From Chitinophagaceae bacterium (GTDB lineage Bacteria > Bacteroidota > Bacteroidia > Chitinophagales > Chitinophagaceae), in NCBI GenBank assembly GCA_049289155.1, contig JBAQJB010000204.1, positions 1 through 54,358 on the forward strand: a stretch of 54,358 nucleotides of DNA, in the 5' to 3' direction. A program made the position numbers and the translations under genes. Under the pieces are notes generated by a model. The model had not been told where the DNA came from. It was given only the letters and a program-made list of their open reading frames with translations, and made no database searches. Position 1 is the stretch's first letter; every line of letters starts with the position of its first letter. Below are positions 1-9,217 of this stretch, piece by piece.

Positions 1-2
1 TA

Positions 3-194
3 GATTATTTAGTGAGTAACAGTGGTATTTTTGCAGCACGGAATAAAGATTTTACGCTACGTTTGTTAGATAAGAAAAAAGTGGAATCACAAAAATTGAC
101 CTGGCAACTGATCAATATAATTTTACCTATTATATTGGTGATAATTTTTGGATTCATTTACCAGGAAATTAAAAGAAAGAAATTTTCATTGTGA
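3..194 (+). CDS. C-terminal fragment of a GldG-like gliding-motility ABC-associated protein (partial; continues upstream of the window)
   Basis: The frame is open to the window edge. The tail ...NKDFTLRLLDKKKVESQKLTWQLINIILPIILVIIFGFIY has the single C-terminal membrane anchor typical of GldG. Only about 60 aa are visible. Confidence 0.4.
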   Translation, partial: DYLVSNSGIFAARNKDFTLRLLDKKKVESQKLTWQLINIILPIILVIIFGFIYQEIKRKKFSL

Positions 195-240
195 TTTATA
201 ATTATAAAAGATCAGGAAGGAAATAAAATGAAAAAATTGA

Positions 241-1212
241 ATGACAGCAAAAGAAATTACATATATTGTTTTTGGAGTTGTGCTTTTATTAGCGCTTATA
301 TTTGACCTGGGGCTGTTGAGTAAGTCAGGTAAAAAAGTTACGATCAAACAAGCACTTGTTCAAACCTTTTTCTGGGTTGGTTTAGCACTTTGTTTTTTTG
401 TTTTCATGTGGATAGAAGACGGGCAGGGGCCGGCATTGGAATACCTCAGTGCATACTTTATGGAATGGAGCCTGAGTATTGATAATATTTTTGTTTTTAT
501 ACTCATCTTCTCCGCTTTTTCTGTAAAGGAAAAATATTATGGCCGCGCCTTATTAATTGGTATAATCATAGCGATAGTATTCCGCGTAATTTTTATAACA
601 GTTGGTGTTGCGTTGGTGGATAAATTTGAATGGGTGCTGTATCTATTCGGTGCTTTCCTTTTATATACCGGTATTAAAATGTTTGCGTCCGGTGAAGAAG
701 AAGAATTCCATCCTGAGAAAAGTAAAGTATATAAATTCATTAAAAAGATACTGCCGCTTGTTCCACATGATGGGGAGGGAAAATATGTGATCCGTGAAAA
801 TGGCAAAAGAAAATACACAACATTGTTTGTCGTTGTTATTCTACTCGCGAGCATTGATCTCGTATTCGCACTGGATTCAATCCCCGCAGTGATGGGCATT
901 ACCCGAAACAGGATGGTTATTTATACATCAAATATTTTTGCCGTGCTGGGTTTGCGTTCTTTATTTTTTCTCTTGCGGGGCGCAGTCAGCCGTTTCGATT
1001 ACCTGCAACAAGGCATAGCCATCATCCTTATTTTCATTGGCGTGAAAATGTTGGGTGAACATTGGATCAATCAATGGGGGATTGATGAACAGGTCCAGGT
1101 ATTTATTTCACTCGGTGTAATTTTATTATGTATCAGCGGTTCCATTTTCTATTCTATATTTATTACAAGGAAAGGCAATCCCGAAGATTATAAAGAGGAA
1201 CCTGAATCATAA
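241..1212 (+). CDS. TerC family integral membrane protein
   Basis: 323-aa polytopic membrane protein with the TerC signature region YFMEWSLSIDNIFVFILIF and a repeated DSIPAV-type motif. Confidence 0.85.
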   Translation: MTAKEITYIVFGVVLLLALIFDLGLLSKSGKKVTIKQALVQTFFWVGLALCFFVFMWIEDGQGPALEYLSAYFMEWSLSIDNIFVFILIFSAFSVKEKYYGRALLIGIIIAIVFRVIFITVGVALVDKFEWVLYLFGAFLLYTGIKMFASGEEEEFHPEKSKVYKFIKKILPLVPHDGEGKYVIRENGKRKYTTLFVVVILLASIDLVFALDSIPAVMGITRNRMVIYTSNIFAVLGLRSLFFLLRGAVSRFDYLQQGIAIILIFIGVKMLGEHWINQWGIDEQVQVFISLGVILLCISGSIFYSIFITRKGNPEDYKEEPES

Positions 1213-1219
1213 AAATTAA

Positions 1220-3688
1220 TTGTTGTCCTACACCATTCATGATATCGCAGAAATTATTGGAGAAAAAAATTTTCTCACTACGCCGGCATCACTCATTGAA
1301 CATCTCCTGACAGATTCGCGGCGAATTTCTTTTACAGAAACTTCTTTGTTTTTTGCCTTACAAACAAAACGCAGGGATGGCGCAACATTTATTCCTGGTT
1401 TATATGCGAATGGCATAAAAAATTTTGTAGTGCAGGATGAAATCGATTTTGAAGCATACCCGGATGCAAATTTTATTCGTGTAAAAAATACTTTCCTGGC
1501 GCTTCAAAAACTAGCCGCTCATCACCGAAAAAATTTTACTTACCCGGTCATTGGAATTACAGGAAGTAATGGAAAAACCATTGTAAAAGAATGGTTGTAC
1601 CAGCTCCTCTCACCGGATTTTTCAATCATCCGCAGCCCGCGCAGTTATAATTCGCAAATCGGTGTGGCACTAAGTGTTTGGCAAATGCAACCCGAAAATG
1701 AATTAGCTATTTTCGAAGCTGGCATTTCAGAGAAAAATGAAATGGAAGCACTGGAAAAAATGATTCAGCCTTCTATTGGAATATTTACTAATCTCGGCCA
1801 TGCACATGATGAAGGCTTTGAAAATATGGAGGAGAAATGCAGGGAAAAAATGAAATTGTTTTCCCGCTCGAAAAAAATCATTTGCCCTTTTGGAATTAAA
1901 GAAATTATTGAACAAAATAATATTCCATACTTCGCGCAATTATTTACCTGGGGCAGGGAAAATGAAAATGATTGCTGCATTCTTGATTTTGAAAAAAAGA
2001 AAAAAACGACTGCGATAAAACTGCGCGCGAATGAAGAACTTTTCGAAGTAACTATTCCATTTACTGACGAAGCATCTTTGCAAAATACCATGCACTGTAT
2101 TTCAATAATGCTTGTGTTATCTGTTCCGGTTCCTGAAATTCAGCAAAGATTGTTGCAACTAACGTCCATGGAAATGCGGTTGCAAATGGTGGATGCTATT
2201 AATGGTTGCACAGTCATCAATGACAGTTACAGTTTTGATATTACTTCCCTTGAAGTGGCGCTGGATTTTTTAAACCAGCAAAATCAATTTGCAAATAAAA
2301 CCGTTATCCTGTCTGATTTACCAGCGCCTGCAAGCAAGGATCTTTTTAAAAATGTGATCCGTATGTTGCGTGTTAAAGAAGTAGAACGCGCTATTGTGAT
2401 CGGGCAGGAATGGGAAAAATTTTTGGTGGAATTACAAAAAAATATCCCGGAGGTTTTTCATTTCACAGATACAAATGCTTTTTTACACGGTTTTCTTTTT
2501 CATCGTTTTCACAACGAAGCGATTCTTGTAAAAGGTGCACGCATTTTTGAATTTGAAAAAATTATGTTGGCACTGGCAAAAAAAGTGCACCAGACTGTAT
2601 TGGAAATAAACCTGACCGCATTAGCCAATAATTTAAAAGAATATCAATCTGCTTTACAGCCCGGCGTAAAACTGATGGCTATGACGAAGGCATTTGGCTA
2701 TGGCAGCGGCGATGCTGAAATAGCCGCTGTGCTTCAGTTTCACAATGTTGATTACCTAGCCGTTGCGTATGCAGATGAAGGTGTTGATCTCCGTAATGCA
2801 GGCATTCGTTTACCCATCATGGTGATGAATGTAGATGAAGAAGCTTTTGAAACTTTGGTGCAACATCAACTGGAACCTGAATTATTTTCCAAACAAATAT
2901 TGCTTTCATTTCATACGTTTCTAAAAAACCAGGGCCTGCAACAATATCCTGTTCATATAAAAGTGGATACGGGTATGCACCGGCTTGGTTTTGAAAATGA
3001 TGATCTCGATTTTCTTGCAGGCATATTTCAAAGTAATCCGCATTTCCTCGTGAAATCTGTATTCAGTCATTTGGCTGCAAGTGAAGATGAAAAGGAAAAT
3101 GCCTTTACTTTTCACCAGGCAAAACGTTTTGTAGAATTTTGTGACGCATTGCAAGCCATCCTGCAATATTCTTTCCTTCGGCATATCGCCAACACGGCAG
3201 CTATTTTCCGCCATCCAACTTTACAATTTGATATGGTGCGGTTGGGGATTGGTTTATACGGCATTGATTCTGCAAAAGATAAAAAGCATTTTTTGCAAAA
3301 TGTAACAACATTAAAAACAACCATCGCACAGGTGCGGAAAGTAAACGCGGGAGAAACGATTGGCTACAGCAGGAAAGGAAAATTTAATTCGGACAGGATG
3401 ATTGCAACAATCCGTATTGGCTATGCAGATGGGTTTTCGAGAAAGATGGGCAATGGAAACGGGTTTGTTTTTATCAAAGGTGTTCGGGTGCCGGTTGTGG
3501 GAAATGTATGTATGGATATGGCTATGGTGGACGTTACGAATGCCTGGCCGGTGGAAGAAGGGGATGAAGTTGAAATTTTTGGAAACCATATCAGGGTAGA
3601 AGAGGTTGCAATTTGGTGCGGCACTATTTCCTATGAAATTCTTACCAGTATCAGCCAGCGTGTAAAACGCATTTATTTGGAAGAATAA
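1220..3688 (+). CDS. Bifunctional UDP-N-acetylmuramoyl-tripeptide--D-alanyl-D-alanine ligase (MurF-like) / alanine racemase fusion
   Basis: The N-terminal half has the Mur ligase motifs LTDSRR and GITGSNGKT. The C-terminal half has alanine racemase motifs: AMTKAFGYGSG (PLP lysine), HIKVDTGMHRLGF, IRIGYADGF and GNVCMDM. The TTG start is uncertain by a few codons. Confidence 0.85.
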   Translation: MLSYTIHDIAEIIGEKNFLTTPASLIEHLLTDSRRISFTETSLFFALQTKRRDGATFIPGLYANGIKNFVVQDEIDFEAYPDANFIRVKNTFLALQKLAAHHRKNFTYPVIGITGSNGKTIVKEWLYQLLSPDFSIIRSPRSYNSQIGVALSVWQMQPENELAIFEAGISEKNEMEALEKMIQPSIGIFTNLGHAHDEGFENMEEKCREKMKLFSRSKKIICPFGIKEIIEQNNIPYFAQLFTWGRENENDCCILDFEKKKKTTAIKLRANEELFEVTIPFTDEASLQNTMHCISIMLVLSVPVPEIQQRLLQLTSMEMRLQMVDAINGCTVINDSYSFDITSLEVALDFLNQQNQFANKTVILSDLPAPASKDLFKNVIRMLRVKEVERAIVIGQEWEKFLVELQKNIPEVFHFTDTNAFLHGFLFHRFHNEAILVKGARIFEFEKIMLALAKKVHQTVLEINLTALANNLKEYQSALQPGVKLMAMTKAFGYGSGDAEIAAVLQFHNVDYLAVAYADEGVDLRNAGIRLPIMVMNVDEEAFETLVQHQLEPELFSKQILLSFHTFLKNQGLQQYPVHIKVDTGMHRLGFENDDLDFLAGIFQSNPHFLVKSVFSHLAASEDEKENAFTFHQAKRFVEFCDALQAILQYSFLRHIANTAAIFRHPTLQFDMVRLGIGLYGIDSAKDKKHFLQNVTTLKTTIAQVRKVNAGETIGYSRKGKFNSDRMIATIRIGYADGFSRKMGNGNGFVFIKGVRVPVVGNVCMDMAMVDVTNAWPVEEGDEVEIFGNHIRVEEVAIWCGTISYEILTSISQRVKRIYLEE

Positions 3689-3775
3689 AACTTAATTTTT
3701 CTACAAGATTCTAACCAGCTTGCTGCTTCGTGCATTTTTCAATGAACATTCATTTATATTTGCCTCTTCAAAAAA

Positions 3776-4459
3776 TTGAGCGTGAAAGGCAAGCATGTAT
3801 TTTTCCTGGTATTATTAATTATACTGGCAGACCAGGCATTGAAAGTTTTTATTAAAACAAATTATTATATCGGCGAAGAGCATAATGTAATCGGCGATTG
3901 GTTTCGCCTGCATTTCGTGGAAAACGAAGGCATGGCCTGGGGTTGGAAATTTGGGGGAGATACAGGAAAAATAATACTTACATTATTCCGCCTCGTAGCC
4001 GTGATCATTGGTACTTTTTATTTACGGCATATCATCAAAAAGAAAAATCATCCCGGTTTTATTATTTGTGCAGCATTGATTTATGCAGGTGCATTGGGAA
4101 ACTTATTAGACAGTATGTTTTATGGATTGATATTTGAAAACAGCGATCCTTACCTGCAGAATGTAGCTTCCATTTTTCCTTCGGATGGTGGTTATGCTTC
4201 TTTCCTTCATGGTAAAGTGGTGGACATGTTTTATTTTCCCGTTGTCCAAAATGCGCATTATCCTTCCTGGTTTCCATTTTGGGGAGGAGAAGATTTTGAA
4301 TTTTTCAGGCCGGTATTTAACCTTGCTGATGCTTCCATTTCTACCGGCGTAATCGCATTGGTAATCTGGCAGAAAAGATTTTTTCCTCAAAAATCAGAAC
4401 CTGTACCAACAACTGTTGAAACCCCTGTACAAATAGATGACAGGGCACAGGTTGTGTAA
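3776..4459 (+). CDS. lspA: Lipoprotein signal peptidase (signal peptidase II)
   Basis: Motifs NEGMAWG, GNLLDSM, VVDMFYF and FNLADASIS in a 4-TM protein, with a Bacteroidota-type insertion. The start (TTG 3776 or GTG 3782) is uncertain. Confidence 0.85.
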   Translation: MSVKGKHVFFLVLLIILADQALKVFIKTNYYIGEEHNVIGDWFRLHFVENEGMAWGWKFGGDTGKIILTLFRLVAVIIGTFYLRHIIKKKNHPGFIICAALIYAGALGNLLDSMFYGLIFENSDPYLQNVASIFPSDGGYASFLHGKVVDMFYFPVVQNAHYPSWFPFWGGEDFEFFRPVFNLADASISTGVIALVIWQKRFFPQKSEPVPTTVETPVQIDDRAQVV

Positions 4460-4651
4460 TTATTTTAAATTTCTTTTGGCATATCGAATTTCTTACTGCG
4501 TTTTATATAAGGACACATGACTAAATTTTAATTGAATTTTTAAAATAGAAATTTGTTTTACCGCTGGTATAAATACCCTCTTTTCATTATAAATTAATTC
4601 TTACATTGCAACAAGCAGTTTCTTATTTCCCAATTTTCAAAATTATTCAGC

Positions 4652-6976
4652 ATGAAAAATTTTTCATTCACACTTGTCATTTTCTTTTTTTCATTTACCG
4701 TATTTTCTCAAAATAAAATTGTTACGGATAATGATTATACGAAAGCCGAGCAGGCGCTTCCTTATTATATTCAAAAATATGTGGACCATAGTAATGTGCG
4801 GCCTCAATGGATCAATGACCATATGTTCTGGTACCGCGACTTAACGCCAACCGGCAGTGATTTCATTTTGGTAGATGCCCTGAAAGGCACACGTACCAAA
4901 GCTTTTGACCAGGCAAAACTGGCCGCCGCCATTTCCACCGCAACCGGTAAAAATGTTACTGCTGATATGTTGCCATTTACAAATATTGATTTCTCCGCTG
5001 ATAATAAATATTTATTGTTTGATGCCGCGGGAAAACATTGGAAAGCAGATCTGTCTTCTTATACTATTTCACCGGATGCAGATTTTAAACCCGCTGAAAG
5101 AGGGAACCGGAACGAAGTAATGTCACCGGATAAAACAAAGGCTGCCTATATAAAAGATTATAATTTATGGGTGCGTGATGTTGCAACCAACAAAAGCACA
5201 CAACTCACAACGGATGGCGTGAAAAATTTTGGTTACGCCACAGATAACGCTGGCTGGACACATAGTGATGCGCCAATTTTGCGCTGGTCCGATGATTCAA
5301 AAAAGATTGCTACATTCCAGCAGGATGAGCGCCTGGCTGGTGACATGTACCTGGTACAAACTACAGAAGGCCATCCTATTTTGGAATCCTGGAAATATCC
5401 TTTACCCGGTGATAGCAATATTATTACTATTCAAAGAGTAATCATTGATGTTGATAATCCTAAAGTAATTCGCCTGCAGGTTCCACCAGACCCACATCGT
5501 GCTTCATTAAGTGATGACATTTCAAGCAGTGGCACATTTGATGATGTTGACTGGAATGCAGGTAATACACAACTGGCATTTTTATCTACTTCAAGAGATC
5601 ATAAGATTGAAAAATTCCGCATCGCTGATGCATCAACCGGCGCAGTGCGGGAAGTATTTACAGAAACAGTTCCTACACAATATGAATCCGGCCAGGGCGC
5701 GATCAACTGGCGTTACCTGTCAAAAACAAATGAAATTATCTGGTATTCTGAAAGAGACAACTGGGGCCATTTATATTTATATGATGCCAATACAGGCCAA
5801 TTGAAAAATCAAATTACCAAAGGTGATTATGTAGTCACCCGTTTATTAAAAATTGATGAAAAAAATCGTGTTCTTTATTATCTCGCAGTTGGAAAAGATG
5901 CTGCAAATCCTTACTTCATGCATTTTTATAAAATTGGATTTGATGGAAAAAATATGGTTGACCTGACACATGAAACAGGCAATCATCAAATTAGTTTATC
6001 GCCTTCGGGAAATTATTTTATTGATGATTATTCCCAACCCAATGTGCCGAATGTAATGGTGCTGAGAAATATGGATGGAAAAATTATTACGCCACTTGAG
6101 AAAACAGATGTCAGCAGGTTAGCGGTTACAGGCTGGCAGGCGCCGAAACCAATAACGGTAAAAGCAGATGATGGCAAAACAGATTTGTATGGCCTTATGT
6201 TTACGCCGCCGAATATGGATCCCAATAAAAAATATCCCATCATTGTTTATATTTATCCCGGCCCGCAGGGCGGCAGCGTTGGAAGCTGGTCATTTAATCC
6301 ATCAAGAGGCGATAACAATGCGCTTGCAAGCCTCGGTTTTGTAGTTGTACAAATTGAAGGAACGAGTAATCCTTTGCGTTCCAAATCATTTCATGATATG
6401 AGTTATGGAAATATGGCAATAAATACTTTGCCAGACCAGGTTTCCGGTGTTCGTCAATTGGCAAAACTATACCCGTATATGGATTTAAACAGGGTAGGCA
6501 TCTGGGGACATTCCGGTGGTGGATTTGCTACAGCCTGCGCCATGTTTACGTATCCTGATTTTTTCAAAGTAGGCATTTCAGAATCCGGTAATCATGACAA
6601 CCGTGTATATGAAGATGACTGGGGCGAAAGGTATAATGGGTTATTGGTAAAAAACGCGGATGGCAGTTCCAATTATACATTGCAGGCCAACCAGGCATTT
6701 GCAAAAAATTTAAAAGGAAAATTATTACTGGCGCATGGCATGATGGATGACAATGTACCGCCTTATAACACCATGCTGGTAGTGGAAGCACTGGAAAAAG
6801 CCAATAAAGATTTTGACCTGATTATTTTCCCATCCAGCCATCATGGTTATGGTACCTATTCTTTATATATGATGCGCAGGAGATGGGATTATTTTGTACA
6901 AAATTTAATGGGCGCAACACCACCAAAAGAATTTGACATTAAATATGCTGCTGACCCGCGGAACGAGGTTAAATAA
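4652..6976 (+). CDS. S9 family serine peptidase, dipeptidyl-peptidase IV type
   Basis: Has a signal peptide, a DPP-IV N-terminal propeller region and a C-terminal alpha/beta hydrolase with the nucleophile motif GIWGHSGGG. Length is 774 aa. Confidence 0.85.
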   Translation: MKNFSFTLVIFFFSFTVFSQNKIVTDNDYTKAEQALPYYIQKYVDHSNVRPQWINDHMFWYRDLTPTGSDFILVDALKGTRTKAFDQAKLAAAISTATGKNVTADMLPFTNIDFSADNKYLLFDAAGKHWKADLSSYTISPDADFKPAERGNRNEVMSPDKTKAAYIKDYNLWVRDVATNKSTQLTTDGVKNFGYATDNAGWTHSDAPILRWSDDSKKIATFQQDERLAGDMYLVQTTEGHPILESWKYPLPGDSNIITIQRVIIDVDNPKVIRLQVPPDPHRASLSDDISSSGTFDDVDWNAGNTQLAFLSTSRDHKIEKFRIADASTGAVREVFTETVPTQYESGQGAINWRYLSKTNEIIWYSERDNWGHLYLYDANTGQLKNQITKGDYVVTRLLKIDEKNRVLYYLAVGKDAANPYFMHFYKIGFDGKNMVDLTHETGNHQISLSPSGNYFIDDYSQPNVPNVMVLRNMDGKIITPLEKTDVSRLAVTGWQAPKPITVKADDGKTDLYGLMFTPPNMDPNKKYPIIVYIYPGPQGGSVGSWSFNPSRGDNNALASLGFVVVQIEGTSNPLRSKSFHDMSYGNMAINTLPDQVSGVRQLAKLYPYMDLNRVGIWGHSGGGFATACAMFTYPDFFKVGISESGNHDNRVYEDDWGERYNGLLVKNADGSSNYTLQANQAFAKNLKGKLLLAHGMMDDNVPPYNTMLVVEALEKANKDFDLIIFPSSHHGYGTYSLYMMRRRWDYFVQNLMGATPPKEFDIKYAADPRNEVK

Positions 6977-7008
6977 AATGCAGGTATAGCTTAATTAAAT
7001 TTTAAATG

Positions 7009-7044
7009 AAAAAGGTTGTATGTGAATAGCATACAGCCTTTTTA
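7009..7044 (+). terminator. Rho-independent terminator after the DPP-IV gene
   Basis: aaggttgtatg-tgaatag-catacagcctt forms an 11-bp stem (one G-U pair) followed by a T run. Confidence 0.6.
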
Positions 7045-7072
7045 AATTTCAACCATAGGGAATATTCTTTTT

Positions 7073-7290
7073 AACCCACATAGAATCATAGGTATATAGA
7101 ATAACACATGGATAAATGTTACAGAATCCTAAAGGACTACTTATAAATTTTCATTGCGTAATTATTTTAAAAGTTAGGCTGTCTAATCGGTTAAGGCTAA
7201 AAAAATTAAATCAATAATCTATTTTCTATCTTACCTGGCGAATGATTAAGGGCTATGTGAAAACCTATGTATCTATCTGTCTCTGTGGTT
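7073..7290. repeat. Pair of imperfect inverted repeat arms (7073-7111 and 7251-7290) bracketing about 140 bp in a 431-bp intergenic region
   Basis: Three collinear complementary blocks: ccacat/ctgtgg (5 of 6), cataggt/acctatg (7 of 7) and cacatgg/ctatgtg (6 of 7). Spacing between blocks differs in the two arms. Confidence 0.3.
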
Positions 7291-7407
7291 CAGTTATTCC
7301 GGGGATTTATATTTCACCAAACACCTCAAAATATTAATTAAACAAATTATATAGGCAAATGATGAATCTACATTTTTTACTAACTTGCAATAAGAAAATA
7401 ATTAACC

Positions 7408-7911
7408 ATGAAATACATTCAACTTCTTTTTGCAGCATCATTTATCCTGGTCCTTTCTTCCTGCACGGATATAGGCAAAAAAGCTAATGATATCAAGGAT
7501 ACAGCAGATATGGCAATTGCGCCACAAGTAGACAATACAAAAGTTATCCCGGATGATACACTTACGAAAGAAGTAACTACAGCCGAACAATTCAGGGTTG
7601 CGGGATTCAATGACCCTCCGGGTTTCCGTAAATTCTTCAGCACTTTTCAAAATTGGGTTGCAACTAATAATACAGACAGTATAGCTGCACATATTCAATT
7701 TCCTTTAAAGAATTGTTCTTCTGCATCCGCATTTAAAAAGGACTATAAAAATTTATTCAATGACCAGGTAAAATCATCGGTCGCCGCACAGGATGCCAAT
7801 CATTTTTTTGCCAATCAGCAGGGTTTGATGACGGGAAATGGAGAAGTGTGGTTTAACGAAATAAATGGAAAATATTTAATAATCGCTATCAACAATAAGT
7901 CCCTAAAATAG
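7408..7911 (+). CDS. Hypothetical lipoprotein
   Basis: Has a signal peptide with lipobox LVLSSC. I recognise no domain. Confidence 0.6.
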   Translation: MKYIQLLFAASFILVLSSCTDIGKKANDIKDTADMAIAPQVDNTKVIPDDTLTKEVTTAEQFRVAGFNDPPGFRKFFSTFQNWVATNNTDSIAAHIQFPLKNCSSASAFKKDYKNLFNDQVKSSVAAQDANHFFANQQGLMTGNGEVWFNEINGKYLIIAINNKSLK

Positions 7912-7923
7912 ACCTGTTTTTAT

Positions 7924-8754
7924 TTAAATGGATTTATAATCCATGATCACTTTTTCAAAAATCTTACTAAGTTTTTTATCTGCCTGTTCTGCTACAGCAA
8001 TGATCTCGGAAATATCAACAGGTTGCAAATTATCCGGGTCACATTCATCCGTAATCACACTTACCGCTGCACAGGGCATTTGAATATGGTTTGCCACGAT
8101 CACTTCCGGCACGGTACTCATACCTACCAAATCAGCGCCAATTCTTTGCAGGTACCTGTATTCCGCCCTTGTCTCCAGGTTGGGCCCGGGTACAGATGCG
8201 TATATACCATGTTTCATCACTTCAAAAAAAGTAATAGCAGTTTGCGAAATTAAATCACTGAGTCTTTTATCATAGGGCTTACTCATATCTACAAATCGAT
8301 TTCCAAAATCCGGATCATTCAGGCCGCGCAAAGGGTTTGCTGGCAATAAATTGATATGATCATTGAGTAACACCAGGTCGCCTTTTTTATACATTTTATT
8401 AATGCCGCCGGCAGCATTGCTGAGCAATACATATTGCAAACCAAGTTCCTTCATCACGCGGATAGGGAATGTGATTTCCTGCATATCATACCCTTCATAA
8501 TAATGAAACCTGCCCAACATGGCGATCACCTTTTTCTTGCCAATCCAACCGCAAATCAATTGGCCCTTATGAAACTCAACAGTCGCAGTGGGAAAATGCG
8601 GAATGTCTTTATAAGCAATTGCTTTCTCCACTTTCATTTGCTGAATAAAACTACTTAAACCTGTGCCCAGGACAATGCCTGCTTCTGCATTTTTAAATCC
8701 ATTTTGTTTCAGGAATTTTCCTGTCTCTGAAATTTTTGCTAAAATATTTTCCAT
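7924..8754 (-). CDS. Purine nucleoside phosphorylase, trimeric PNP/MTAP (PunA-like) family
   Basis: Motifs GRFHYYEG, SNAAGG, GPNLETRAE and GADLVGMSTVPEVIVA. The residue aligned with human PNP Asn243 is Asp (SVITDECD, codon 8047-8049). Confidence 0.85.
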   Translation of the reverse strand: MENILAKISETGKFLKQNGFKNAEAGIVLGTGLSSFIQQMKVEKAIAYKDIPHFPTATVEFHKGQLICGWIGKKKVIAMLGRFHYYEGYDMQEITFPIRVMKELGLQYVLLSNAAGGINKMYKKGDLVLLNDHINLLPANPLRGLNDPDFGNRFVDMSKPYDKRLSDLISQTAITFFEVMKHGIYASVPGPNLETRAEYRYLQRIGADLVGMSTVPEVIVANHIQMPCAAVSVITDECDPDNLQPVDISEIIAVAEQADKKLSKIFEKVIMDYKSI

Positions 8755-8872
8755 GCTGCAATATACTTACTTGTCGTAAATCTGGAATTAGTTTTGAAGC
8801 GTATATTCTTTAGTAAAACAGGTGGCGAATTGTAACATCCAAAAAACTGTCTTACTTTACAAAAAAAAAATC

Positions 8873-9208
8873 ATGGCAAATCATTATTATAATGCTGAAG
8901 ATCTAGCCAAATTTGGTGATATCGGCACTTTTCAGAAAGACCTTGCAGATAAATTTTTCGACTGGTACGGAGCTGCTTTTGCTGATGGCGCTTTAACAGC
9001 AAAAGAAAAATCGTTGATCGCACTGGCCGTTGCACACGCGGTGCAATGCCCGTATTGTATAGATGCCTATAGCAGCGATGCTTATGAAAAGGGATACAAT
9101 GAGGCGCAGATGATGGAAGCAGTGCATATTGCAGCGGCCATTAAAGGTGGCGCAGCGCTTGTTCATGGCGTACAAATGATGAACAAAGTGAAAGAAATTG
9201 CCATGTAA
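8873..9208 (+). CDS. Arsenosugar biosynthesis-associated peroxidase-like protein (AhpD/carboxymuconolactone decarboxylase fold)
   Basis: 111 aa from the internal ATG at 8873; the ORF-track start at 8822 is GTG with a poor N-terminus. Carries the CMD-type CxxC motif LAVAHAVQCPYCIDAY. It sits 9 nt upstream of the ArsS-like gene. Confidence 0.7.
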   Translation: MANHYYNAEDLAKFGDIGTFQKDLADKFFDWYGAAFADGALTAKEKSLIALAVAHAVQCPYCIDAYSSDAYEKGYNEAQMMEAVHIAAAIKGGAALVHGVQMMNKVKEIAM

Positions 9209-9217
9209 AAATATTCA

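Noticed and set aside
195-240. Possible yybP-ykoY (manganese) riboswitch upstream of the TerC gene, as seen in many bacteria
   Set aside because: Only 46 nt separate the upstream stop from the TerC start. That is far too short for this riboswitch, and no conserved helices are visible.
537-899. 120-aa minus-strand ORF inside the TerC gene, and similar 60-110-aa antisense ORFs throughout the track
   Set aside because: All are embedded antisense or out of frame within well-supported genes and lack any recognisable motif.
8789-8796. TAGTTTTG box upstream of the arsenosugar operon, considered as its promoter
   Set aside because: It matches TAnnTTTG, but the only nearby TTG is 15 nt upstream (non-optimal spacing) and the box is 77 nt from the ATG. 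It is plausible but too weak to list as a feature without TSS data.
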